Shown here piece after piece: positions 17,947 to 24,654 of a stretch of 32,000 bases of DNA. How positions within the stretch are numbered: the first letter of the stretch is position 1; each line of letters begins with the position of its first letter. The position numbers were made by a program, and so were the translations under genes. The stretch covers positions 2,189 through 34,188 of the forward strand of contig PWHK01000019.1 in NCBI GenBank assembly GCA_003554845.1. The letters run 5' to 3'. This stretch comes from Candidatus Aenigmatarchaeota archaeon (GTDB lineage Archaea; Aenigmatarchaeota; Aenigmatarchaeia; PWEA01). A model generated the notes under the pieces. The model saw nothing but the letters and a program-made list of their open reading frames with translations, was not told the origin of the DNA and did no database searches.

Positions 17947-19437
17947 TCATTTCTTTATTTCGGTTTTCAGTTCACCTAGTATTTCTTCTGCCTCTGATTC
18001 AGGTAACCCTGTTGATATGGATGCCATCAGTGCCAGGTATTTTCTAAGACCGATTGTTGGTCCTTCCGGAGTCTGTGTTGCTCCAAGCCTTCCCCAGTGG
18101 GTTGCGTGCAACTGTCTGGCATCGAAATGTTCTTGCTGGGTCGACAGCGGAGATGTTACATTTCTCAGGTGCGAAAGTGTTTTTATATAGTTGGTTCTCT
18201 CGAGCCTCTGTGATACACCGCTTCTTCCCCCGACCCACAGACCGGTTGCAAATGCCGACTGTATTTGTCCTGTCAACATATCAGACTCTACAACTGTATT
18301 TATAGTTGGTACCTTACCCCTTCTTGCTATCTTCTTGTAGTTGTATTTTATTCTTGAAATGAGGCCAACTCTACCCAGAAGCTTGCTTCTTATCAGTATC
18401 TCCAGGAGCTCCGAACTTGTTCTTATTCTCTTGTTTCTGTAGTGGTCTATGTCGTCTGGTTCAAGATCACCGTTTGAAACGTATAGTATCTTTTTAGCAC
18501 ATCTTCCGAGATACATTGCTTTGTCCATTCTACCCTCTTCGTCCTGGCTTATATGTGGAAGAAGGTATTTGTCTATTACTTCACCTGCCCTCCTTTTTCT
18601 GTATTCCTCGTCGGAGACGTTCATACCCTTTCCTATGTAGCTAAGGGCTTCTTCTGTATCGGATACATCTGTCTCGTATAGGTTGGCGTATATCTCTTCC
18701 TGGTAGTCCTCTTCGCTTGTTATGGACTGAACTATTTCTTTGTCGGTCTCCAGTCCAAGTGCCCTCATAACAACAACTAGAGGTACCTTGCGTGCATTTG
18801 CAAAGGATATTGTTAAAAGTCCATCCCTTTTCTTGTTTATTGTGTGTCTTTGTCCCCATCCACTTCTCTCCGAGTTTATTCTTGCAGCATATTCTATCTT
18901 TTTCTTGCTTCTTTTTTCAACTATTACACGGTTTGGTGCTACTTCTTCTAATAGCATAAGAACTCTTTCGGTACCGTTTACTATGAAATAACCCCCCAGA
19001 TCTTCTGGGTCTTCTCCTGCCTCTATCAACTCCTCGTCACCCATGTCTGAAAGTGGGCATTTATCGGATCTTACCATTATAGGAAGTTCTCCGATCTTTA
19101 CTTCCTTTTGTTCATGTACTTCGCCATCTGCCTTTGTAGTCATCTGTAGAAATACAGGTGCTGAGTATGTTATGTCTCTGAGCCTTGCCTCCTTTGGAAG
19201 TATCTGCCTTAGGCTTCCGTCTGCTTCTTTGACTGAAGGTTCACCTACCCTTACTTCTCCAAGTTCTATTGTAAAGTCACCGAGTCTCTCGGATTCAGGT
19301 TCTATATCTCCTATCCCGTCGATTATTTCTTGTAGTCTTTCATTTACAAATCTATTATAGGCCTCTATCTGATATCTTGCAAAACCCTTTTCGGATTTGA
19401 AGGCCTTGAGTAAGGACTGAAGTTTGGTTTTTTTCAT
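17947..19437 (-). CDS. rpoB2: DNA-directed RNA polymerase subunit B'' (N-terminal half of a split RpoB)
   Basis: 496 aa. It ends in HATHWGRLGATQTPEGPTIGLRKYLAL and lies 4 nt upstream of B'. Confidence 0.95.
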   Translation of the reverse strand: MKKTKLQSLLKAFKSEKGFARYQIEAYNRFVNERLQEIIDGIGDIEPESERLGDFTIELGEVRVGEPSVKEADGSLRQILPKEARLRDITYSAPVFLQMTTKADGEVHEQKEVKIGELPIMVRSDKCPLSDMGDEELIEAGEDPEDLGGYFIVNGTERVLMLLEEVAPNRVIVEKRSKKKIEYAARINSERSGWGQRHTINKKRDGLLTISFANARKVPLVVVMRALGLETDKEIVQSITSEEDYQEEIYANLYETDVSDTEEALSYIGKGMNVSDEEYRKRRAGEVIDKYLLPHISQDEEGRMDKAMYLGRCAKKILYVSNGDLEPDDIDHYRNKRIRTSSELLEILIRSKLLGRVGLISRIKYNYKKIARRGKVPTINTVVESDMLTGQIQSAFATGLWVGGRSGVSQRLERTNYIKTLSHLRNVTSPLSTQQEHFDARQLHATHWGRLGATQTPEGPTIGLRKYLALMASISTGLPESEAEEILGELKTEIKK

Positions 19438-19449
19438 AATGATCCGTAC

Positions 19450-19695
19450 CTATTTTTCTTCTACTACAAGTCTGTAGTAAATAGCCTCGCCTGCGGTGGG
19501 ACTTTTTCTTTTTATCTTTAAAACATCTCCAACTGAAGCTTCTATCTCCTTGACAACTGGATCTTTGTCGTATATCTTCGGGAGTTGTTTTTGGTTTATA
19601 CCGAACTTTTCCAAAAGCTCTTCCTTTTCATCGGAGGATAGAACCTCGTGTTCTGGCACTCTGATATGGTCCGTTACTTTGTATTTTTTGCCCAT
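19450..19695 (-). CDS. rpoH: DNA-directed RNA polymerase subunit H (Rpb5-like)
   Basis: HIRVPEHEVLSSDEKEELLEKFGINQKQLPKIYDKDPVVKEI...GDVLKIKRKSPTAGEAIYYRLVV. Stop codon is TAG. Confidence 0.92.
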   Translation of the reverse strand: MGKKYKVTDHIRVPEHEVLSSDEKEELLEKFGINQKQLPKIYDKDPVVKEIEASVGDVLKIKRKSPTAGEAIYYRLVVEEK

Positions 19696-19822
19696 ATTTT
19701 TCCATACCCTTTAAACAAAATATCCTATCTTTGGAGAAAGCTCATGAACTGGTAAATTCCATTATAGGTTAACGTTTATAAAGGTTTTGGTGTTTTTTCA
19801 TAGACTATCGACGAATTTTTAA

Positions 19823-19966
19823 TGGGCCCGACGGGATTTGAACCCGCGACTACTGGGTTTCTTTCTTCATCCAGGACCTTGGTATCAGTTTTGTTTGTAA
19901 GGTCCATGTCGGAGCTTTTAACATAAGTTAAAAGCCCAGTGCTCTGCCAGACTGAGCTACAGGCCC
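19823..19966 (-). tRNA. tRNA-Lys (anticodon UUU) with a 70-nt intron at 37/38 (19859..19928)
   Basis: GGGCCTG-TA-GCTCAGTCTGGCAGAGC-A-CTGGG-CTTTTA^[70 nt]^A-CCCAG-TAGTC-GCGGG-TTCAAAT-CCCGT-CGGGCCC-A. The BHB core pairs CTTT (32-35) with AAAG at intron -6..-3, with 3-nt bulges on both sides. The intron contains an inner hairpin, GGACCTT...AAGGTCC. Confidence 0.9.
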
Positions 19967-20172
19967 CTGTTGTTCCAAGACTCTATGAACTGTCCTATAG
20001 ATCTGTCGTGGGTCTTTTCACCTTCTTCGGGAAAAAGACAACCAGGTACTTCGTTGTTCTTTTTGTGGTATTTTATACATTCACAACAGAGTCCCTTTCT
20101 TGGGCAGCCGGGATACGTGCATGTGCAGTTCTCTCTGTTTGTATCCTTGTTTTGACAGACTGTTTGGGACAT
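19957..20172 (-). CDS. Small Cys-rich protein (resembles the family I recall as DUF6485)
   Basis: NCTCTYPGCPRKGLCCECIKYHKKNNEVPGCLFP...THDRSIGQFIESW, 71 aa. A GAGGT Shine-Dalgarno (SD) sequence lies 9 nt upstream of the ATG. The 3' end overlaps tRNA-Lys(UUU) by 10 nt. Confidence 0.7.
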   Translation of the reverse strand: MSQTVCQNKDTNRENCTCTYPGCPRKGLCCECIKYHKKNNEVPGCLFPEEGEKTHDRSIGQFIESWNNRGL

Positions 20173-20190
20173 CTTGACTACCTCTTAAAA

Positions 20191-20266
20191 TGGCGCCGCG
20201 ACCGGGATTTGAACCCGGGTCAGAGCCTCGACAGGGCTCTATGCTGAGCCACTACACCATCGCGGC
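20191..20266 (-). tRNA. tRNA-Asp (anticodon GUC), CCA encoded
   Basis: GCCGCGA-TG-GTGTAGTGGCTCAGCAT-A-GAGCC-CTGTCGA-GGCTC-TGAC-CCGGG-TTCAAAT-CCCGG-TCGCGGC-G-CCA. Confidence 0.93.
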
Positions 20267-20290
20267 CAACGACATATCATTTTGTTGGAA

Positions 20291-20300
20291 ACCTTTTAAG
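20291..20300 (-). promoter_or_regulatory. Candidate TATA box (CTTAAAAGGT on minus strand) for tRNA-Asp
   Basis: The TTAAAAGGTTT core is shared with the 5S promoter. It is centred about 30 nt upstream of tRNA position 1 (20266). Confidence 0.5.
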
Positions 20301-20338
20301 TATTTATGCTTACAAGCCACGGTAGGAAGGTAAATAAT

Positions 20339-20454
20339 GGCTGGCAGCGTCCTGGTGTTCACCTCTTTTCGAGGTTAAAGACCAATTCGCTGGAGGACTT
20401 TTCTTCCGTGTTCGGATGGGTACGGGAGTTGCCCCTCCGCTTTGGCCGCCAGCC
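20339..20454 (-). rRNA. rrf: 5S rRNA (stand-alone, not linked to 16S/23S in this window)
   Basis: The reverse complement contains the universal CCCGTACCCATCCGAACACGGAAG segment. The ends pair to form helix I: GGCTGGCGGC with GCTGCCAGCC. About 116 nt. Confidence 0.9.
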
Positions 20455-20465
20455 TTACTATTCGT

Positions 20466-20489
20466 TGAATCCAAACCTTTTAAATCTTT
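20466..20489 (-). promoter_or_regulatory. 5S rRNA promoter module (minus strand AAAGATTTAAAAGGTTTGGATTCA), copy A of a repeated 24-nt element
   Basis: The TATA core is centred 27 nt upstream of the 5S 5' end. The module ends exactly 12 nt before the 5S first nucleotide. A near-identical copy lies at 26016..26040. Confidence 0.65.
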
Positions 20490-20513
20490 TCTTTACTTTG
20501 TGTATTTTGAGAA

Positions 20514-21920
20514 CTATATTCCTAATCTTACCTTGGATGATGACCTTTCGAAGGTTCTTCCGTCTACTGAACCCCTTGCTCTGGCCTCTGGGAATATAAG
20601 TTCGTCTATTGATTCCACAAGAACCTTTGCCTTGTAGTGTACTACCCTGTCATCCCCTGGTCCCATATCACCTAGCTTCCATCTGAGTACTGTGTCGTCG
20701 CCCTGTCTTATTATATTTGGCTTTACAGTGTCAAACTTGTCCAGTACCCTTGTTACGGAAGGAACAGAGTCCTCTATTATTACATTTTTTGCTTTTCCGA
20801 AGAGCCTGTTCTTTACGTGTAGGGATATGGTCAGTATTCTCTTGTCCTCGGATACCTCACTTTTAACTACTTCTTTTTTGATAACAGGCGCCTTCATATA
20901 GAGATATGCTCTGAATGTTATCAGGGCTATAAGTACTATGAGGATATAAAGAGGCCAGTAGTTTATCTCGTAGCTCATCTGTGTGGACTCACCCGGCTCA
21001 AGTTCTATGTTCCATATGTATGTTCTTGAAAGTCCATCCCTTCTGATTTCGACGTCTTCTGCAGTTACGAGCAAAGATATGGGAAATCCTATCCTTTCCT
21101 CTATGTTCTTTTCCTCTACGATGTTTCCTTTATTTTGTGCGTGTATTGTGTTGGTTCTTATAATATATCTTCCGTCGGAGGTCACCTCTGTCTGATAGTC
21201 TGCTATTTCAATTACTCCAAACGGTTCCTCACCCGACTTTATTGTGTGTCCTGCTCCCCGGACTTCGTAATTTATTTTGTAGTCCCCCGGAGTCTGGTAT
21301 TCCTGTAGATCAACAGACGCGCTGACCGTTTTACTTTTTCCTGTTTCCAGAATGAACTCTTCCAAGTGGGATCCCACCATCTCGCCTTCACCTGTAACCT
21401 CTATGTAGAATTCGCCGTCTTCGAAGTCCTTTGTTCCGTCGTTTTCGACTACAACAGAGGCCCTTACTTCTTCGTTTGGACCGTAGTCGACCTTTTCAAG
21501 TATAAAGTCTCTGAATACCATCGAGTAGTCCCTCAGAACTATAAAACAGAGATCAGATGACTCTGAAACCTCTCTGTAGTTTTCGGAGATTACAGAAAAT
21601 TGTGTTTTGTACTCGCCGAGTTCTATGTTTCTCGGTGCGTTTATGCTTATTTCTATGGTTCTTGTCTCGTCTGAATTTATCCTTAGTAGATTGTTAGAAA
21701 GAGAGAACCATGTAGAAAATTCCCGGGGAGTCCTGACACGGAATATGTCCCTTGAATCGTAGGTGTTGGTTATGTTTACCTCGTATGTGTGGGGAAGAAT
21801 AACACAAGATCCTTCTTCATCGTAGTCTATCTCTATATGTGCTATAGAAACAGGAGTTATACCTACGAATACAACAAGGACCATTAAAACAAGAAAAACC
21901 TTCTTCAAAACATTCACCAA
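20514..21920 (-). CDS. Membrane-anchored surface protein with CARDB/DUF11-like beta-sandwich domains
   Basis: The N-terminus has a signal-like helix (KKVFLVLMVLVVFVGITPVSIA). It also has a CARDB-type motif (ASVVVENDGTKDFEDGEFYIEV), one TM helix (WPLYILIVLIALITFRAYLY) and a C-terminal DUF11-like segment (VIIEDSVPS...VLRWKLGDMGPGDDRVVHYKAK). The start is TTG 21920 or GTG 21917. Stop codon is TAG. Confidence 0.7.
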   Translation of the reverse strand: MVNVLKKVFLVLMVLVVFVGITPVSIAHIEIDYDEEGSCVILPHTYEVNITNTYDSRDIFRVRTPREFSTWFSLSNNLLRINSDETRTIEISINAPRNIELGEYKTQFSVISENYREVSESSDLCFIVLRDYSMVFRDFILEKVDYGPNEEVRASVVVENDGTKDFEDGEFYIEVTGEGEMVGSHLEEFILETGKSKTVSASVDLQEYQTPGDYKINYEVRGAGHTIKSGEEPFGVIEIADYQTEVTSDGRYIIRTNTIHAQNKGNIVEEKNIEERIGFPISLLVTAEDVEIRRDGLSRTYIWNIELEPGESTQMSYEINYWPLYILIVLIALITFRAYLYMKAPVIKKEVVKSEVSEDKRILTISLHVKNRLFGKAKNVIIEDSVPSVTRVLDKFDTVKPNIIRQGDDTVLRWKLGDMGPGDDRVVHYKAKVLVESIDELIFPEARARGSVDGRTFERSSSKVRLGI

Positions 21921-21957
21921 TAGTAGTTTTGTGTTTGTTATAAATAAAGATTAGGCG

Positions 21958-22149
21958 TTACTTCTTGAATTTGGATACCTTTCCAGTGAGATCCGTGTGG
22001 GTTAAAAACAGACTTCTGCAGCAGTATCTGTCGAGTCCGAGTTCATCCAGTACCTCCTTTGGATCTTCATCCCTTCTCCTTTCCTTGAACTCCTCCCATA
22101 GGTGGCCCACGGGTTTTCCACAGCTCATACATCTTACCGGTATTATCAT
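21958..22149 (-). CDS. rpoN: DNA-directed RNA polymerase subunit N (Rpb10-like)
   Basis: MIIPVRCMSCGKPVGHLWEEF...LDRYCCRSLFLTHTDL. ATG 22149 is preceded by AGGTGAAAAC, with the S9 TGA stop inside the SD. The 13-aa extension in the ORF track is unlikely. Confidence 0.9.
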   Translation of the reverse strand: MIIPVRCMSCGKPVGHLWEEFKERRRDEDPKEVLDELGLDRYCCRSLFLTHTDLTGKVSKFKK

Positions 22150-22153
22150 GTTT

Positions 22154-22555
22154 TCACCTCTTGCTCCTCTGCTTGTGCTTTCTTGCACCCTTTGAGGATA
22201 CAGATGGTTTATGTGGTTCTGTTGTTCTTGAATCCCTTACAAGCATATACCTATCATAACTTTCAAACTTCTTCTCAAGTTCTTCATCCCCTGTAAACTT
22301 AACAAGTCCCTTGGCGACTGCCTGTCTTACTGCGTCGGCCTGTCCCATCTTACCGCCGCCTGATACATTGATATCCATATCAACCTTTCCTGTTATATCC
22401 CCTGCCAGTTCGAGTGGTTCCCTTATCATAAGCCTTATCATCTCGTCGCTGAAGCTCTCTAGAGGACGTGAGTTTATTCTTATATTTCCACTTCCTTCCT
22501 CTACTCTTGCCCGTGCCTTTGCTTCCTTTCTCTTTCCGGTTGTATTTACAGTCAT
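22154..22555 (-). CDS. rps9: 30S ribosomal protein S9 (uS9)
   Basis: GKRKEAKARARVEEGSGNIRINSRPLE...GGGKMGQADAVRQAVAKGL...KGARKHKQRSKR. It overlaps L13 as ATGA. Confidence 0.93.
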   Translation of the reverse strand: MTVNTTGKRKEAKARARVEEGSGNIRINSRPLESFSDEMIRLMIREPLELAGDITGKVDMDINVSGGGKMGQADAVRQAVAKGLVKFTGDEELEKKFESYDRYMLVRDSRTTEPHKPSVSSKGARKHKQRSKR

Positions 22556-22953
22556 GGTTTTCCACCTATCTTTTCTGATAATTCCTCGAGAGTTATATAG
22601 TTTGTCTTTATGTCATCGGTTTTCTTTGAAACAACTTCTCCTTCCCTTTCCTCGTAGTTTCCTCTTACAACACTGAGTCTTTTAAGGGCTTCCCTTCCTC
22701 TGCTCTTTTTTGTGGGAAGCATTCCCTTGATTGAATTTCTCAATATCCTCTCCGGTTTTAGCTTGGAGAAGGGTCCGTGTTTGGCATCGCCTATACTTTT
22801 CTTTTTTAGATATTTCTCTACTGTGTTTTCGGGTCTACCCGTTATTACTGCCCTTTCGGAGTTGATTATCTCTATCTCTTCTCCGTCCAGTAGAAGAGAT
22901 GCGACCTCCGACGAGAGACGGCCCATTACCTGGTTCTTTGCATCTACAATCAT
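22552..22953 (-). CDS. rpl13: 50S ribosomal protein L13 (uL13)
   Basis: MIVDAKNQVMGRLSSEVASLLLDGEEIEIINSERAVITG, with the conserved L18e-L13-S9-RpoN gene order. Confidence 0.93.
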   Translation of the reverse strand: MIVDAKNQVMGRLSSEVASLLLDGEEIEIINSERAVITGRPENTVEKYLKKKSIGDAKHGPFSKLKPERILRNSIKGMLPTKKSRGREALKRLSVVRGNYEEREGEVVSKKTDDIKTNYITLEELSEKIGGKP

Positions 22954-22954
22954 T

Positions 22955-23308
22955 TTAACCCTCTAGTATCCTTACGTTTTTTCCCTTTGGATTTTTGTCG
23001 AGGAGATCAAGTATGCTTATGGTTTCTCCGGCTTCGTTTATCTTTTGTTTTGCCTTTCCCGAGAAGCCAAATGCAGCGACAGTTATCTTCTTGTCGAGTG
23101 TACCGTATCCTGTTACCTTTCCTGGAACCAGAACAGTTTCGCCGTCCTCCGAATGCCTGTTTATCTTTGCAATGTTTACGGCTTTTTTGTTTCTTCGGCT
23201 CTTTTTCAATCTTTGTGCAACGTCTCCCCAGATCCCTATACCTTTCTTTCTGCACTTCTCTTCTGCTTTGCTTATTGTCTTTTTCAAGACTGGATTTGTT
23301 TTCTCCAT
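22955..23308 (-). CDS. rpl18e: 50S ribosomal protein L18e (eL18)
   Basis: ATG 23308 gives MEKTNPVLKKTISKAEEK...VLVPGKVTGYGTLDKKITVAAFGFSGKAKQKI. The longer 152-aa ORF would read through tRNA-Leu. Confidence 0.88.
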   Translation of the reverse strand: MEKTNPVLKKTISKAEEKCRKKGIGIWGDVAQRLKKSRRNKKAVNIAKINRHSEDGETVLVPGKVTGYGTLDKKITVAAFGFSGKAKQKINEAGETISILDLLDKNPKGKNVRILEG

Positions 23309-23332
23309 CTTGTCACCTTTTACTGGGCTTGA

Positions 23333-23483
23333 TGCGGGGGGCCGGATTCGAACCGACGAAGGCACTAAGCCACAGGATTTCTTATCATTGTGCCCGTATA
23401 TATCGGGACTCAAAACTTAAGCTTGAACTTAAGTCCTGCACCTTTAGTCGTATGTTTACCTTTGACCGCTTGGTTACCCCCGC
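23333..23483 (-). tRNA. tRNA-Leu (anticodon UAA) with two BHB introns: D-loop (23444..23461, 18 nt) and 37/38 (23379..23427, 49 nt)
   Basis: Exons: GCGGGGG-TA-ACCAAGCGGTCAA^AGGT-G-CAGGA-CTTAAG^A-TCCTG-TGGCTTAGTGCCTTC-GTCGG-TTCGAAT-CCGGC-CCCCCGC-A. 151 minus 67 leaves an 84-nt class II tRNA with A73. D-loop BHB: GGTC pairs with GACT, flanked by AAA bulges. Anticodon BHB: CTTA pairs with TAAG. Confidence 0.85.
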
Positions 23484-24265
23484 TAGCTTAATTTCTCAAC
23501 TACCTTGTCTGCCTTTTCTTCGAGTACTTCAGCGGCCTTTGATATTATATATTCTGGGTCCAGTGAACATATGGATTCTATCTTGAATATAAACTTTTCC
23601 TCATCGCCTGTGACTACTACGCCCGAATCAACCTCTTCTACACATTCCTTACATAGAGTACATCTTTCTTCGTTCTCTATGTTGAGTTTGTCTCCATCCA
23701 GTTCGAATACGTTCCTTGGACATATTTCTTGACAACTTTTCTTTTCTTCAACAGTGAGTTCATCGTTGTCTACGTCTATTATAGGATAGTACTGGTAAGA
23801 TGATACCGATGCCTGGTGTTTTGAGTGGTCCTTTCCTATGGATAGACAGGCAGTTGCCTCCAGGTCAACCTCCTGGTTTTCGTCCATCTCTGTTATTGGT
23901 ATTCTATCGTAAAGTACTTCCACGTCTCCAGACTTGCAGTTGAGTTCTCCTGAATATAATATACCGGGTCCTTCTCCCTTGAGGGTGAACTTAACTTCAC
24001 AGTTGGAGCAACCTTCTTCGCATTCACAGTCCTCGTGCATATTGAACTTATCCGGATCGAATACGAGGGGTACCTGTCCCAGTCTCTGTGCTATTATCTC
24101 GTCAAACACAGGAGAGCTGTTCTCTATTATACCTACATTTTCTATTGCAAGAACCGGTATGTAGTTCATTGTAGTTCTTCTGAGTGCATTCATCATTGCA
24201 GGGTTTGTGTCCTCTGCTATGAACTTCAGTTTTTTACCTTTCCCGTCGATCTTTTCTAGTTTCAT
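23483..24265 (-). CDS. rpoD: DNA-directed RNA polymerase subunit D (Rpb3-like) with a ferredoxin-like Cys cluster insert
   Basis: NPAMMNALRRTTMNYIPVLAIENV, and Cys clusters CECEEGCSNC and CQEICPRNV...CTLCKECVE. ATG 24265 follows the S11 stop directly. The ORF track start at 24313 overlaps S11. Confidence 0.9.
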   Translation of the reverse strand: MKLEKIDGKGKKLKFIAEDTNPAMMNALRRTTMNYIPVLAIENVGIIENSSPVFDEIIAQRLGQVPLVFDPDKFNMHEDCECEEGCSNCEVKFTLKGEGPGILYSGELNCKSGDVEVLYDRIPITEMDENQEVDLEATACLSIGKDHSKHQASVSSYQYYPIIDVDNDELTVEEKKSCQEICPRNVFELDGDKLNIENEERCTLCKECVEEVDSGVVVTGDEEKFIFKIESICSLDPEYIISKAAEVLEEKADKVVEKLS

Positions 24266-24266
24266 T

Positions 24267-24653
24267 TTATACCCTCTTTCCTCTTTTACCTCCTGGTCTT
24301 CTGGTCGAGTCATGTGGTATTGGTGTTATATCCTCTATCTTACCTATTCTCATTCCTGCCCTTGCAATTGCCCTGATAGCAGGCTGCGCCCCTGAGCCCG
24401 GGCTTTTTGAACCGTGTCCTCCGGGAGCCCTTACCTTTATATCGACCTTTTCTATACCTTTTTCCTTTGCATCCTTCGCTGCTTTTTTAGCTGCCTGCAT
24501 CGCTGCAAAGGGAGCGCCTTTGTTTCTGTCCTGTTCTGTTACCATTCCACCGGTGTACCTACTTATGGATTCTGCTCCACTCATGTCGGTTATATGTATT
24601 ATTGTATTGTTTTCAGACGATCTTATATGTGCAATGCCTTTTTTGTTTGCCAT
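24267..24653 (-). CDS. rps11: 30S ribosomal protein S11 (uS11)
   Basis: [26 protein letters not shown]...[47 protein letters not shown] 24653 lies within the GGTGAATAAAATG junction cassette. Confidence 0.93.
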   Translation of the reverse strand: MANKKGIAHIRSSENNTIIHITDMSGAESISRYTGGMVTEQDRNKGAPFAAMQAAKKAAKDAKEKGIEKVDIKVRAPGGHGSKSPGSGAQPAIRAIARAGMRIGKIEDITPIPHDSTRRPGGKRGKRV

Positions 24654-24654
24654 T

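Noticed and set aside
19696-19822. The 127-nt gap upstream of rpoH, considered as a possible small RNA or regulatory leader.
   Set aside because: It contains only AT-rich TATA-like boxes (CCTTTATAAACG at about -95 and GTTTAAAGG at about -20) and a trivial 10-codon ORF. I could see no stable hairpin or conserved motif by eye.
20306-20637. Track ORFs 20306..20599 and 20416..20637 on the plus strand.
   Set aside because: They overlap the 5S rRNA and its promoter on the opposite strand, and their translations have no recognisable features.
23309-23413. N-terminal extensions of several track ORFs: L18e to 23413, S13 to 25693, RpoN to 22188, Cbf5 to 27082, RpoD to 24313, and 9600..9899.
   Set aside because: The extensions run through tRNA genes or the preceding gene. 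Internal ATGs with SD motifs or ATGA/TAATG couplings give N-termini that match the conserved family starts.
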